Below are positions 1 through 11,668 of a stretch of 64,000 nt of DNA, one piece after another. Below the pieces are notes generated by a model. The model saw only the letters and a list, made by a program, of their open reading frames with translations. It did not search any database and was not told the DNA's origin. The stretch is taken from positions 1,376,001-1,440,000 of the forward strand of contig CAWGMQ010000003.1 of NCBI GenBank assembly GCA_963823665.1, in the 5' to 3' direction. The first letter of the stretch is position 1; every line of letters begins with the position of its first letter. This DNA comes from an uncultured Planctomycetota bacterium. Lineage in GTDB: Bacteria; Planctomycetota; Planctomycetia; Isosphaerales; Isosphaeraceae. The translations under genes were made by a program, and so were the position numbers.

Positions 1-1924
1 GCAATGATGTTGATTTCTTTCGGTTCCATGGCAAGAAGGGACAAGCGATCTTCGTTGATGCCCAATGCGCCCGAATCGGATCGGGCGTAGACCCGAGCAT
101 CCGATTAACGGCTGGCGGGGCAAACCGGACATACGTCGCCTCAGCCGATGATTCGGCGGGACTGGGAACCGACGCCAGGCTGACCGCCGTGCTCCCTGCC
201 GACGGCGACTACGTGGTCGAGCTGTCGGATTCGCGATACCAGGGAGGTGGGCGGCCCGTGTATCGCCTGGTGATCGGCACTGTTCCCGAGGCTGACGAGG
301 TGTTTCCGCTAGGCGGACGTCAGGGCGAGACCGTGGGGCTCGAGCTGCGGGGCGGGATGCTAACCGGCATGCGGACGGCGGCCACCACGCTCAACGCACT
401 GGCGGGGACGCGGATCATGCCGGCCAGGATCACGAGCTCGGCGCTGGGATCTGGCGCGAGCCCGGCGGCCGATCTCGACCTCGAGTCACTGCCGCCGTTG
501 GTGATTTCGTCGTATCCCGAGATTCGGGAGCCGGCCGACCCGGGCGCCGCGCCGCCCAGGGCTGTCGCACCCGTGGTATTGAACGGCCGGATCGATCCGG
601 CGGGTGAAAAAGATCGATTCGTCGTCGCCGTGACGCCGGGCCAGCGGATGCGGATCAGGGTCGAAGCTTCGGAATTTGGGTCGGCGCTCGACGGCGTGCT
701 GCAGGTGCTGGGGAACAACGGCTCGGTGATCGCGAATGCCGACGACACGAACATCACGCTGCCGGCGCGTAACGGCCAGCAAGCGCAGGTGCTCGTGAAC
801 CCCGATCCGTCGCTCGATCTGACGATTCCCGGCGGCACGAATGACATCACCGTGGTGATTCGCGACCTGGAAAACCGCGGCGGGATCGGGTATCCGTACC
901 GGGTTGTCGTCGAGCATCTGACGCCCGATTTCGAGGTGATCGCCAATGAATCGCAGGTCAGCGTTCCCCGCGGCGGTACGGCTAGCCTGGGGGTGACGAT
1001 CGTGCGAAAGGGTTACAGCGGGCCGATCACGTTGACCGTGCAAGACCCTCCCCCAGGGCTTTCGGTGCGGCCGGGCACGATCGCTGCCGGCCAGACCACG
1101 GGGGCACTCACGCTGAGCGCGACGGCCGATGCATCTTTCCCCGCGAGTGCCGCTCAAGCTCGTCGGGCGGGGTCAGGCCACAGAGGGGCTGATCGAGCGG
1201 CTGGCGACGAAGGAGGTGGTGTACGCTGCAGCAGAACAACGTCCCGATGTGCAGCATCGCTCACTACGGACTGGTCGCCGCGCCGGCCCTGGCACAACCC
1301 GTGACGCTTGAAACACCGTCGACTCCGATCGAAGTTCCCCATGGTTTCGGTGCGACGATTCCGGTGAAAGTCGTCCGTACCAAAGGAGCCGACGCGGCCC
1401 TGGCGATCACCGCACTACCGCTTCCGCCAGGCCTGGCTGTGCCCAAGGCAAGTATCGCCGAGAAAGCCGGTGAGGGAAAAGTCACGGTGACCGCCGCGGT
1501 GGCTGCGCCCCTGGGCACGTCGACCATCGTGCTTCAGGCCAAGGCGAAGCTCGGTGGGGCCGACCGTGTTTTCGACCTGCCCGCCATCACGCTCAACGTG
1601 GTGCCGCCGGCGGCCCTCGAGCTCGCGGCCAAATTGCTCGAGATCAAGCCGGGCACGACGGCCGAGCTCAAGGGAAAGATCAACCGCAAGGGGTCGTTCG
1701 ACGCACCCGTTACCGTCAAGATCAACGGGCTGCCGGCCGGACTGAAGGCCGATCCGGTGACCGTCGCCGGCAAGGAATCGAACTTTGTCGTCAAGGTGGT
1801 GGCCGAGCCAAAAGCGCCGGCGGCCACGGCCGACACGCGCGTCGCGCTGGCGTTTCAGGTCGAGAAGAAGGATTATTCGATGACGCCCTCTCCTCTGGCG
1901 GTGAAGGTCGCCGCCGCCAAGTGA
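1..1924 (+). CDS. PPC-domain (pre-peptidase C-terminal) repeat secreted protein, planctomycete type; 5' truncated, frameshift near 1140-1150
   Basis: PPC-like motifs (LPADGDYVVELSD..Y.GG..YRL; LNGRIDPAGEKDRF; SALDGVLQVL..NADD); ORFs 189-1304, 1129-1311 and 1247-1924 join into one protein. Confidence 0.75.
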
Positions 1925-1948
1925 ATTTCGGTTGTCGGTTGTCAGGTC

Positions 1949-3543
1949 GTGAAGAGACTAGTGGCTCCCGAGGGTACTCTGTCATGCGCGCTACGGTTGC
2001 GGTTTTGCCTTCTGCTTGCAGTCGGGTTCGGATCGGGTCTGGTGGCGCTCGGGGACGAGGGGCAGGACGGCAAGAAGAGCGATGCGGCCGCTCCGGCGAA
2101 GAAGGAGTCAACCGGGGGCGCAGCGGCTGAGGGTGCCAATCAAACCGTGAAGAAAGCGGATCCGGCGAAGAAGGCCGATTTGACGAAAGGCGAAGAGAAG
2201 AAGGACGCGACCGCCGCGCCGGCAGCGGGGAAGCCTGTGAGCTTCATTCGCGACGTGGCACCGATTCTGGTCGAGAACTGCATCGCCTGCCACAACCCAC
2301 GAAAAGTCAGAGAGCAAGTATGTGATGACGACCTTCACGCAGCTTGCCAAGGGCGGGCAGCAGGGAGAGGGGATCACGCTCGAGCCGGGCAAGCCCGATG
2401 AAAGCAACCTGGTGGAATTGATCAGGCCCGACGGCAAACCGCGGATGCCTTACAAGCTTGATCCGTTGCCGCCGGAGAAGATCGCGACGATCGAGCGCTG
2501 GGTATCCGAGGGAGCGAAGTACGACGGAGCCTCGCCCGGCGAGGATTGGACCGTCGTGCTCGCGCAAGAGTCAAAACGTTACGATTCCGGCCGCGTATCC
2601 CGCGACGGTGCCGATCACGGCGCTGGAGTTCAGCCCCGACGGCACGACGATCGCCGCGTCAGGATATCATGAGATCACGTTCTGGAAGACTGCCGACGGC
2701 ACGCTTGAGAGCCGGCTCTCGGGCCTGGCCGAGCGGGTTTACGACATCGCCTACAGCCCTGACGGCAAGTGGATGGCCACGGCCAGCGGCGATCCGGGCG
2801 TTTACGGCGTCGCCAAGCTGTGGCGGAACGAGCCGGGCGGCTGCAAGCCGGTGCGTGACCTGGCCGAGACGCAGGACGTCGTGTTTTCGGTCGCATTCAG
2901 CCCAGACAACAAGAAGATCGCTACCGCCGGGGCTGACCGCACGATCCGGATCTTCGAGGTCGAGACGGGCAAGCTCCTGTCCCAGATCGAAGACCACGCC
3001 GACTGGATCTTCGGGGTGGCATGGAGCCCCGACGGCAAGCGCCTGGCCAGCGCCAGCCGCGACAAGACCGCGAAGGTGTTCGACGTCGAGAAGAAAGAGT
3101 CTCTGGTCACGTTCCCGGGCCACCAGCAGCCGGTATACACCGTGTCGTTCACACGCGACGGAAAGGGAATTGCCACCGGCGGAGAGGACAACCGCATTCG
3201 TGTCTGGAGCCCGGATAACGACGGCAAGCCGATCCGGGACATGGGCGGCTTCGGCGGAACCGTTTTCAAGCTGCGGTACACGGGCGACGGCAAGAGCCTG
3301 GTTGCTTGCTCCGGTGACAAAGCGATCATCGTCTTCAGCGCCACCGGGTCGCAGGTGCGCAAGCTGCAAGGCCACAACGACTGGGTTTACTCGCTGGCGA
3401 TCTCACCAGATGGCAAGACCATCGCGTCGGGGAGCTGGGACGGCGAGGTGAAGCTCTGGAACGCGGCAGACGGCAAGGTGATCCGAAGCTTCATCGCGGC
3501 GCCGGGGTATAAGCCGCCGGCGGCACAGACAGCGGGGCGTTGA
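1949..3543 (+). CDS. Planctomycete cytochrome c domain + WD40 repeat protein (frameshifts near 2310 and 2565)
   Basis: Signal peptide, VSFIRDVAPILVENCIACH heme motif, PGKPDES..RMP..I..WV..GA, then about 7 WD40 repeats (FSPDG..IAT...D..I.W). Confidence 0.85.
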
Positions 3544-3624
3544 AGCGGGCGCATTGCTGGTGGGCGGGTTGCATTCGCTTGCTCACGGCGAGTCGGTCGG
3601 ATCACTGGCGGGTGACGCCTTTCA

Positions 3625-3662
3625 CCCCCCCTGCCCCTTTTCAAGGGAGGGAAAGAGGGGTT
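3625..3662. terminator. Imperfect C-rich/G-rich hairpin between convergent genes
   Basis: cccccc tgcccctt ttc aagggaggg aaa gagggg between the WD40 stop and the DUF1501 stop. Confidence 0.35.
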
Positions 3663-3664
3663 CG

Positions 3665-4924
3665 TCACGCGAAGAGCTCGTGGATCGGCTGGCCGCCTTC
3701 AACGAGTGCGAACGGCTCGCCATTTCGCCGGGCGAGGTACCGGCCAGAATCGATGCCCAGGCTGCGATAGATCGATGCCAGCACGTCCTGCGGCGTAACC
3801 GGTCGGTCGACGGGATAGGCCGCGTGCGAGTCGCTTCTGCCCAGCACCTGGCCGCCTTGAATGCCGGCGCCGGCCATGGCGATGCTCCAGACCCCGGGCC
3901 AGTGGTCACGACCGCCGGAGGAGTTCAGGCGCGGAGTGCGGCCGAACTCGCCGGCGGCGACCACGAGTGTGCTTTGCAGACGACCGCGGCGATCGAGGTC
4001 GTCGATCAAGGCCGAAAAGGCGCGATCGAACTCAGGGAGCAACACGCGAGCGTAGTCATCCAAAGAACTGAAGGGCGCCGCGCCGTGGCAGTCCCAGGTA
4101 ACCCGGTTGAAAACCGTATCGAACATGTTGACCGTGACCACGCGGACGCCCGCTTCGACCAGGCGGCGCGCTAGCAAGCAGCTCTGGCCGAACGAGGTGC
4201 GACCGTACTCATCTCGGAGGCGATCTGGCTCACGAGCGATGTCGAAGGGATTTTCGGACAAGGCCTCCGGACTGGCCTCGTTCAAGCTTGCTCGTGCCCG
4301 CACCCTGGCTGCATGCGCGTCGAAGTCTGGGCAGGCCGGGTCCGCGCCCAGGGAAAACGGATCACAGCGCGCGCCGAGCCAGGCGGAGCTCTGTCCATGC
4401 GGGATGTCGATCCCGGTGGCCTTGATGGGCCCGGGTATAAGGGCGAACGCGGGCATGCCGTTTTTGGCTCCGCAGACATGCGCGGTTAACGAGCCGAAGT
4501 GGGGCGTCTCCTCGCCCGCGCGACACAACCTGCCGGTCTGAAGGAGCTGGCAGCCCGTCTCGTGGATCGGGGCCTCATCGTGATACAACGACCGGACGAT
4601 CGCCAGGCGATCCATCCGCACCGCGAGACGCGGTAAGTGTTCGGAAATGCGAACGCCAGGACAGCGCGTCGCAATCGAACCGAACGGTCCCCGCACGTCC
4701 GAGGGCGCATCGGGCTTGGGATCCCATGTTTCAAGCTGGCTCGGCCCACCGACCAATAGCAGCAGAATCACGGACCGCTCTGCCGGCAAATCGAGCGAGG
4801 ACCCACGGGCCAAAGCGGGCGCCAAAGCTCCCAGCCAGCCGAGGCCCAGGCCACCCAGGCGCAAAACGTCGCGCCGACCCAGGTCGAACCGATCCGCACT
4901 GCTGCCGCGGGCGTGTGCACTCAT
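3665..4924 (-). CDS. DUF1501 domain protein
   Basis: Tat-like RRDVLRLGG, GGPSQLETWDPKP, YGRTSFGQSCLLARRLVEAGVR, GEFGRTPRLN...GRDHW. Confidence 0.92.
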   Translation of the reverse strand: MSAHARGSSADRFDLGRRDVLRLGGLGLGWLGALAPALARGSSLDLPAERSVILLLLVGGPSQLETWDPKPDAPSDVRGPFGSIATRCPGVRISEHLPRLAVRMDRLAIVRSLYHDEAPIHETGCQLLQTGRLCRAGEETPHFGSLTAHVCGAKNGMPAFALIPGPIKATGIDIPHGQSSAWLGARCDPFSLGADPACPDFDAHAARVRARASLNEASPEALSENPFDIAREPDRLRDEYGRTSFGQSCLLARRLVEAGVRVVTVNMFDTVFNRVTWDCHGAAPFSSLDDYARVLLPEFDRAFSALIDDLDRRGRLQSTLVVAAGEFGRTPRLNSSGGRDHWPGVWSIAMAGAGIQGGQVLGRSDSHAAYPVDRPVTPQDVLASIYRSLGIDSGRYLARRNGEPFALVEGGQPIHELFA

Positions 4925-5307
4925 ATCTCGCTCTCCCGGCACGATCTGCCAATCGGCACATCTTAACGCCAGACAGCGACGAGCGACAGGTGGCGTTGTT
5001 CAACAATTCGAGTGGCGAGAACCGAGCAACGTCATAGACTTATCACATAAGTACGAATCGATCTTGAGCTGCTCGCGGGCTTGTGACTGGGATTGCTGGA
5101 CTGGAGGGCCCGCGCCGGGTTGAGGGATTCACGTGACCCTGCCGGTTCTTCCGATTGTAGCGAATATAGGAAATACGCGTAGACTCGGCAAAATCGGTTT
5201 AACTCGGGTTTTGAGTTGAGCCGATAAAATCGTGAGAAGAGGCGTTGGCGTCGAGCGCATAGCGGCGGAATTGGTCGAGCCGGCGTGGCGAAGAGGGATT
5301 GGAAGGC

Positions 5308-6917
5308 ATGGTGAGCAAATATCACCGACGTGGCATGGCGTTGGTTTTTGTGTTGCTCGTGGTGGGGCTTCCGCGTGCGAGGGGGCAGGCGCCGACGATC
5401 GAGGAGAGCGGATTCCTGCTCAAAGGGGCTGCGGGCCTGCCGACGCCGGGCACGATGACCTCGCTCTTGGGGCCGATGCCGGGCTCGAGCGGGATCACAT
5501 TCGGGATGCAGCCGGGACGAGACGACATGATGCTGGGGCGGGTCGGCCTAGGGGCACCGCGCGTGCCGACGTCGATCACCACTCCGGGAGGTGTGTACCA
5601 GGGCCCGCCAAGGTTACAGGGAATTGCCGCGCCTCAACCGGTTCCGATCCCGCCGCCGCTGCGTTACGGCTCGATGGAACTGCCTGTGCAGGAGGATGAG
5701 GGGCCACCCGACGGATTGACGATTGACCGGGCTATCGAGCTGATGATCGAGAGGAACCTGGATCTGCACTCGAAATTCCTGGAGATTCCGCAGGCACGGG
5801 CCGACGTGCTGACGGCGAGCCTGCGAGCCAATCCGATTTTCTACGCGGACAGCCAGCTTGTGCCGTACGGCTCGGATTCCGTGAAGAGGCCGGATGGGCC
5901 GACGCAGTACGACGTGAATTTCTCGCACCCGCTTGACATTTCGCACAAGCGACAGGCGCGAACGGCTTATGCGTCTCGCGCACTCAAAGTGATGGAAGCG
6001 CAGTACCAGAATGAAGTGCGGCTGGCGATTGGCAATCTTTACGGCGCCTATGTCGACGTCTTGATGGCGAGAGCGGCTGTTCGCTATATGCAAGCGAGCC
6101 TGAAGGGGAACGATGAATACGTTCGAGTTACCCAGGGGCTCACAACAAAAGAACCTGACCAGCGCAGACGTCGATCAGGCCATGTCGGAGCGGGAGGTCG
6201 TGGCGGTGGGGCTTCTCGACGCGGAGGAAGCCTTATTGAAGCGGAAGCGGGTGCTTGGCGAGATATTGAACCTGCTGCCCGACGAGGCCGAGAGGCTTGA
6301 GGTGCGGGGAACGCTGGCCGACACCGCTGCCGCCACCGCCGGGGCTCGCCGAGCTGATCCAGCTCGCCGAAGACGTGCGGCCGGACGTGATTTCGTATCG
6401 CCTGGGAATCGAGGCGGCGCTTGCCAATGTCAAGCTGCAACGGGCGAATCGGTTTTCGGACGCGTACTTACTTTATCAACCTTATACATATCAAAATAAT
6501 GCACCTTACGGCAAGCAGAGCGGCACGTCGTGGGCGCTGGGGATCACGGTGCCGCTGCCGGTATACAATCGGAATCAGGGGAACATCGAGCGGGCGCAGA
6601 TCAACGTCACCCAGACGCAACAGCAACTGGCGTTTTTCGAGCGGAAGGTGGTGACCGAGGTGCAGCAGGCCCTAGGCGAGTACGTGACGAGCGGCCGGAT
6701 CGAGCGGCAGATCCGCGAGCGGGTCTTGCCGGGGCTGAAACGCGCCTACGAGAATCGCCAGGATCTATTCAGGGAAGGGGAGAGCACGAAGTTCGTCTTC
6801 CTGGACACCCAGCGCAAGTACAACGACACCGTCAAGGCGTATCTCGATTCCGCGGCGCGGCACCGCCGGAGCATGCTGGATTTGAACACGGTTGTCGGCC
6901 AACGGATCCTGCCGTGA
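5308..6917 (+). CDS. TolC/CzcC-family outer-membrane efflux protein (frameshifts near 6145 and 6330)
   Basis: EIPQARADVLTASLRANP, VPLPVYNRNQGNIERA motifs; signal peptide. Confidence 0.85.
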
Positions 6918-6930
6918 CGAGCCGAGTGGG

Positions 6931-6978
6931 GAAAAAAAGGGAGGCCGGCATGGCCCAGCCGGGCCGTGCGGACCTCCT
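6931..6978 (-). terminator. Rho-independent terminator downstream of the ArsR gene
   Basis: Hairpin gaggccggcatggccc-agcc-gggccgtgcggacctc next to an A-run (U-tract on the minus strand). Confidence 0.6.
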
Positions 6979-7067
6979 CATGGCGAGCAGCCGTTAACTG
7001 GGCAGTCCGGCTCTCAACGGCTCTTTATACGAGAGAAATGTGAATTGAATAGAACGATTACGGAGGC

Positions 7068-7418
7068 TCAGGCGATCAGGTTCTTGACGACGGCGGCCAG
7101 GTCGGTGCCGGTGTCGGTCAGGCTATAGAAGTTGTTCTTACCCTGGCGGCGGGGAGCGATGATGCCGCCGTGCCGCAGCAGGGCCAGGTGATGGCTGACC
7201 GCGGGCTGGCTCTGGCTAAGCTGGGAGCACAAGGCGCCGACGTGCCGTTCGCCATCGGCCAGGATCAAGATGACCTGGAGACGGGTGGGGTCGCTAACAT
7301 GCTTGAGCAAGATCGAAGCACGGCGGGCGACGTGATACCGCTGTTCCGCCCCGCGGGCCTTGGGTTTGGCACCAGAAGACTTCGGGGCGCTCTTGACGCT
7401 TGTTTTCGCTGCTGCCAT
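7068..7418 (-). CDS. ArsR/SmtB-family transcriptional regulator with Lys/Ala-rich N-terminal tail
   Basis: SDPTRLQVILIL..GERHVGALC..LSQSQPAVSHHLALLR..G.I..RRQGK...YSL. Confidence 0.92.
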   Translation of the reverse strand: MAAAKTSVKSAPKSSGAKPKARGAEQRYHVARRASILLKHVSDPTRLQVILILADGERHVGALCSQLSQSQPAVSHHLALLRHGGIIAPRRQGKNNFYSLTDTGTDLAAVVKNLIA

Positions 7419-7953
7419 GGTTTTTGCCCTCAAGATCGTTGTGAGTAATGCGCGCTGTAAAACATCCGCTGGCCGGCTTTTTCTGGCACGGATCGCGGGA
7501 GACCCTTCAGTGAGACGAGGGCCATCTTCCCCCTCGAATCACCCACTCTCAAACAATAGCGTGGCGTTGCGGCCGGGGAACCTTGACCGAGATCATGGAG
7601 CGGACGTCCGAGCTGCCCGCAACGCTCCCCAGAAAAGCCCTAAGTCAAGAAGCCGCAAATACCAAGGGCCACGTTGATCAATCCACACGTGACCGGAAGC
7701 AACCCTTCAACGACGCTATCACGATCTTGCGCGAACGTATCTCAACGTGGGTGGTTGTCGACATCTTAGAGCTTTTCTAAGAACTGTCAACGGTAATCTG
7801 CAATCTTTTATCGCTTTGATCCGTTACACTTGTTCGAGCGAGCGGCTACACATCTTATTACACTTGTAAGACGATTGTGACGTGCTTCCCCAAAGATTTG
7901 CAGAGACAGGTGTTGCAGCGAGAATGCATACTCGCGGCCGATTCGATCACAAT

Positions 7954-8967
7954 TCACGGTTTTGCTGTTCCAGAGGCCGGTGGGATCAGTGAATAAATGG
8001 TCTTCAACAGGTCGACATTTTCCCACTTGTTACGGGCGGTTCCGAGTTCGATCCGGGCGAGTTTGCCTTTCGGATCGATGATCGCCGTGCAGAGGTTGTG
8101 CGCGATTTCGTTTTCGCGAGGTCCATAAAAAAGGCCCAGCGGTGGTCCGATCTTGTTCAATTCCGGGTGCGTGGCCACGGCGAAAATCCACAATGGCGGC
8201 ATCGCGCCGCGAGCCTGCGCGTGCTTGGCGAGGACTTCGGGAGTGTCGTGTTCGGGGTCGAATGAGAGCGAGATGAGGCGAACGTACCGGGCGCGGTCGG
8301 GGATCGCACCGATCCGCTGGGCCAGCTCGGCGAATTTTCGATCCATGAGCGGGCAGAAATCGGGGAGTGGGCAACGTGTATAAATAAACGTAAGTACGAC
8401 AACAGAACCCCGCAGTTCTGAGAGCTTGAGGGGTTTTCCTTCCTGGGTCGTCATCGCAAAGTCGGGGACGGCCTCGCCGAGCTCGAGCATTCTGGGCGCT
8501 TCGCGGAGGCTCACCTTGCCTTTTGAAACGTCGAGAACCATCTGCCGCGGCGCCGGCCGGGCGACGTTCAAGTCACGCAGATCGTAGCTGCTCACGACGC
8601 CGTCAAGCGTCTCGACGTGGAGCGTGCCCACGACTTCATCGCCGGAAGCCAAGCTCTTGAGAAAGGCTCGATCGTCGTAGAAGAACGGCATGGTCATCGC
8701 TTCCATGAAGCCGGGAATCGCCTCGTGCGCGATCATCACGCTTCCCCTCGCGAGATCGACCTTTCTCACAACGCCCTTCAAGGTATAGTCGGTGACCTGC
8801 GTGCCCTTATCTTGTTTTGGCTTCGGCATGGCGGTCGGCGGTGTGGCGGAAGGGACGGATTCGCCGCTCGGTTTTCCGCCGCTGCCACAGCCGGCACTCG
8901 AGCAGACCATCACCAGACACAAGGAAAACAGGAAGAGGCGAAGCATTGCGCGGAGGCCTGCGTTCAT
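7954..8967 (-). CDS. SCO-family lipoprotein with N-terminal CusF-like copper-binding domain
   Basis: Lipobox-like SAGC, HEAIPGFMEAMTMPF, FIYTRCPLPDFCP, SFDPEHDTPEVL, IAHNL. Confidence 0.9.
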   Translation of the reverse strand: MNAGLRAMLRLFLFSLCLVMVCSSAGCGSGGKPSGESVPSATPPTAMPKPKQDKGTQVTDYTLKGVVRKVDLARGSVMIAHEAIPGFMEAMTMPFFYDDRAFLKSLASGDEVVGTLHVETLDGVVSSYDLRDLNVARPAPRQMVLDVSKGKVSLREAPRMLELGEAVPDFAMTTQEGKPLKLSELRGSVVVLTFIYTRCPLPDFCPLMDRKFAELAQRIGAIPDRARYVRLISLSFDPEHDTPEVLAKHAQARGAMPPLWIFAVATHPELNKIGPPLGLFYGPRENEIAHNLCTAIIDPKGKLARIELGTARNKWENVDLLKTIYSLIPPASGTAKP

Positions 8968-9013
8968 GGCAGAGAGGCTCTCGAATGGACAAGCCGGTGC
9001 TCGGTTAGCCTTT

Positions 9014-9784
9014 TCAGAATGGAAACGCGTCGTCGAGTGGGGTCGTCGCAAGCTCGTGGAGGAAGTGGCCGATCCGTTCGACGACCACGGCGGTAAGCTC
9101 TTCCCCTTTTCTTGCCGTGGCGGCTCGAGGGTCGCCGGCGCCCGAGTTGGTCGTGAGCAGGTGCCAGGGCCGCGTGAGCTCGACCCACCCCCGGTTGACC
9201 GCCTCGAAACGGCTGGGGCGAATAGCACCCGGGTCTGCCGTTTCTAGCGCGACCTTATCCGGAAAATGAGCCAGCCCCATGCTCGTCTCCATCTCGCCGG
9301 CGTGGTCGTCATTCCGCTCGAAGATCGTTGAATAGACGTCAGAAGATACCTTGTACCAATTGCACAGGAACAAATGCACCTTCGTCGACAGATGAAGCTC
9401 GCGCAGCACCCATTTCAGGTCGTTGCCGCCGTGCCCGTTCAAGAGCAGGCACCGGAAGATTCTGTGAAGCTCGAGCGAGGCGACCAGGTCGCCGATCACG
9501 CGGGCAACTGTGCTGGGATTGAGGTTCATCGCCAGCGGGAACTTCATCTGGTTGGTCTCGGTGCCGTAAGGCAGCGCGGGCAGAAGCAGCACGCGGGCAC
9601 CCAGGCCGGTGGCCAAGGCGCATGCCTTCTGGGCAATCACCTCGACCTGGAACGTGTCGGTGCCGTACGGGAGGTGAAGATTGTGGGGCTCGGTCGCGCC
9701 CAAGGGGAGCACGGCAGCCTGGAACGGCGGCCTCGACTTCACCTGTGCGTAATTGATGTCTGCAAGCCGCCAGGGGTCCATCAA
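9014..9784 (-). CDS. Creatininase-family amidohydrolase
   Basis: LPLGATEPHNLHLPYGTD, NGHGGN, DHAGEMETS. Confidence 0.92.
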   Translation of the reverse strand: MMDPWRLADINYAQVKSRPPFQAAVLPLGATEPHNLHLPYGTDTFQVEVIAQKACALATGLGARVLLLPALPYGTETNQMKFPLAMNLNPSTVARVIGDLVASLELHRIFRCLLLNGHGGNDLKWVLRELHLSTKVHLFLCNWYKVSSDVYSTIFERNDDHAGEMETSMGLAHFPDKVALETADPGAIRPSRFEAVNRGWVELTRPWHLLTTNSGAGDPRAATARKGEELTAVVVERIGHFLHELATTPLDDAFPF

Positions 9785-10032
9785 ACACCATCCGTCGTCG
9801 GGCCAGAATAATGGATGCGTGAGTGCATTCTGTGATTAACTCTTCGTCGCGAGTGGAGGGCTGGCCGTCCTGGGTGTGGGCCGGCTGACGTGGTGGGGAG
9901 GGTGATACACGGGTGGCCTCTAGGTCCGATGGCCATTGCGAGTGGCGGGGGTGGTCCGTTACGATCTGTTGCGGCCGGGGAAGGCCGGTCCGCACAGCCA
10001 CGAATCAAGTTTATGCAGGGAACGGCGCTCCG

Positions 10033-11263
10033 ATGCAAGCCTTCGAGGCGACGAACTACTATTTCGAGCAGGCTGCGAACTGTCTCGACCTGTCGGAGAA
10101 CGTTCGCACGCTCATGGTCACGCCCGACCGCGAGGTGCGAGTTGAAGTCGTGATCGAGCTGGATTCGGGGAAGATCGGTAACTTCATCGGCTACCGAGTG
10201 CAGCACGATAATGCGCGCGGCCCGTTCAAAGGGGGGCTGCGGTATCACCCGACGGTTGACGAGGACGAGGCCCGGTCGCTGGCGAGCTTGATGACCTGGA
10301 AGACGGCGCTTGTCGATCTGCCGTTCGGCGGAGCCAAGGGGGGCATCAACTGCGACACCACCAAGCTCTCGCGAGGGGAGCTGGAACGGCTCACCCGCAA
10401 GTTCATCGAGAAGATCCACGACATGATCGGGCCGCACAAGGACATTCCGGCTCCCGATATGGGGACGGACGCGCAGGTGATGGCCTGGATCATGAACGAA
10501 TACTCGAAATACGAAGGATTTCACCCGGCGTGCGTCACCGGCAAGCCGGTGGAATTCCACGGGTCGGCGGGCCGGGAGGCGGCGACGGGATTCGGCGTGG
10601 CGATCGTCACACGCGAGATGCTGGCGCGGCTCAAGCGTACGATCTCGGGCACGACGTTCGCGATCCAGGGTTACGGCAACGTGGGCAGCCACACGGCGCG
10701 ATGCCTGGCCCAGATGGGCGGCAAGATCATCGCGGTTTCCGACGCGTACGGTGCGGTGGTGAACCCGGAGGGGCTGGACATCGCCGAACTGGACAAGCAC
10801 GTCGGCCTCTCGCACAAGATCGTCGGCTTCAAGGGAGGCGACGCAACGAGCAACGAGCAGCTCCTGACCATGCCGGTCGACGTGCTGATCCCCGCGGCGC
10901 TCGGGGGTGTGATCGACGCGCGAGCTGGCCAAGGCCGTCAGCGCGAAGATTGTGGTCGAGGCGGCCAACTCGCCGACATGGCCGGAGGCCGATCACGTGT
11001 TCAACGCCCGCGGCATTCCGGTCGTGCCGGACGTGCTCGCCAACGCCGGCGGCGTGATCGTCAGTTATTTCGAGTGGGTGCAGAACCTCCAGCATTTTCG
11101 CTGGCCGCTTGACCAGATTCAGCGCGAGGAGGAACACAAGCTCGTCGAGGCCTTCCGGGAAGTGTACGACCTGGCGCAGCGCAAAGGCGCGACGCTCCGG
11201 ACGGCCGCCTTCATGAAGGCGATCTCACGCGTGGGCCGGGCGCGGATCCTGGGAGGAATGTGA
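10033..11263 (+). CDS. gdhA: Glu/Leu/Phe/Val dehydrogenase (glutamate dehydrogenase), frameshift near 10915
   Basis: [47 protein letters not shown]-terminus [20 protein letters not shown] lies in the next frame. Confidence 0.92.
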
Positions 11264-11285
11264 CGGCGAGACGGCGAGCCAAACT

Positions 11286-11429
11286 CTACAGGCCGCGGCC
11301 GCCTAAGTGCTTACGCTTTCGGGGATTACGCTTGCCGTGAATCTTGGCGCGGCGGCCCTTGGCGACCGGTGAGCTGTCGCACCGCTTCCGCCACTTGTAG
11401 CTTTTCCGATTTCGCGATTTGGCCTTCAT
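11286..11429 (-). CDS. Small, very basic 47-aa protein of unknown function
   Basis: MKAKSRNRKSYKWRKRCDSSPVAKGRRAKIHGKRNPRKRKHLGGRGL; AGGAG upstream of the ATG; convergent with gdh. Confidence 0.55.
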   Translation of the reverse strand: MKAKSRNRKSYKWRKRCDSSPVAKGRRAKIHGKRNPRKRKHLGGRGL

Positions 11430-11668
11430 AACCCTTGCGGTCTCCTGAGAGAGTGATCGAACGGGCCGATCGCTCCTCACCGGTCTGTTGGGACGAAAAG
11501 TCGTATTATGCCGATTGGATTGCCGCGTGTTCAAGGTGAGGCAGGCGGTGATCGCCGCGTCCTGGCGGTTGAATTACAATGACAAGAACACGGGGAGGAG
11601 AGATTCGTAAGGAATACTGTGGTTGTTGTTTCTGGCGGGCGCGGGATCGGCGATCGAAGGGGATTCTT

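Noticed and set aside
5308..6917. TolC as the outer-membrane partner of the HlyD
   Set aside because: It has CzcC-like motifs, lies 9 kb away and is not co-transcribed; no supporting evidence.
9014..9784. Creatininase as an MftE-like RiPP peptidase
   Set aside because: No mycofactocin genes nearby, and it is separated from the peptide gene by gdh and the kinase.
9781..10968. Long minus-strand ORF opposite gdh, and similar antisense ORFs throughout
   Set aside because: Artefacts of high-GC codon bias opposite well-supported genes.
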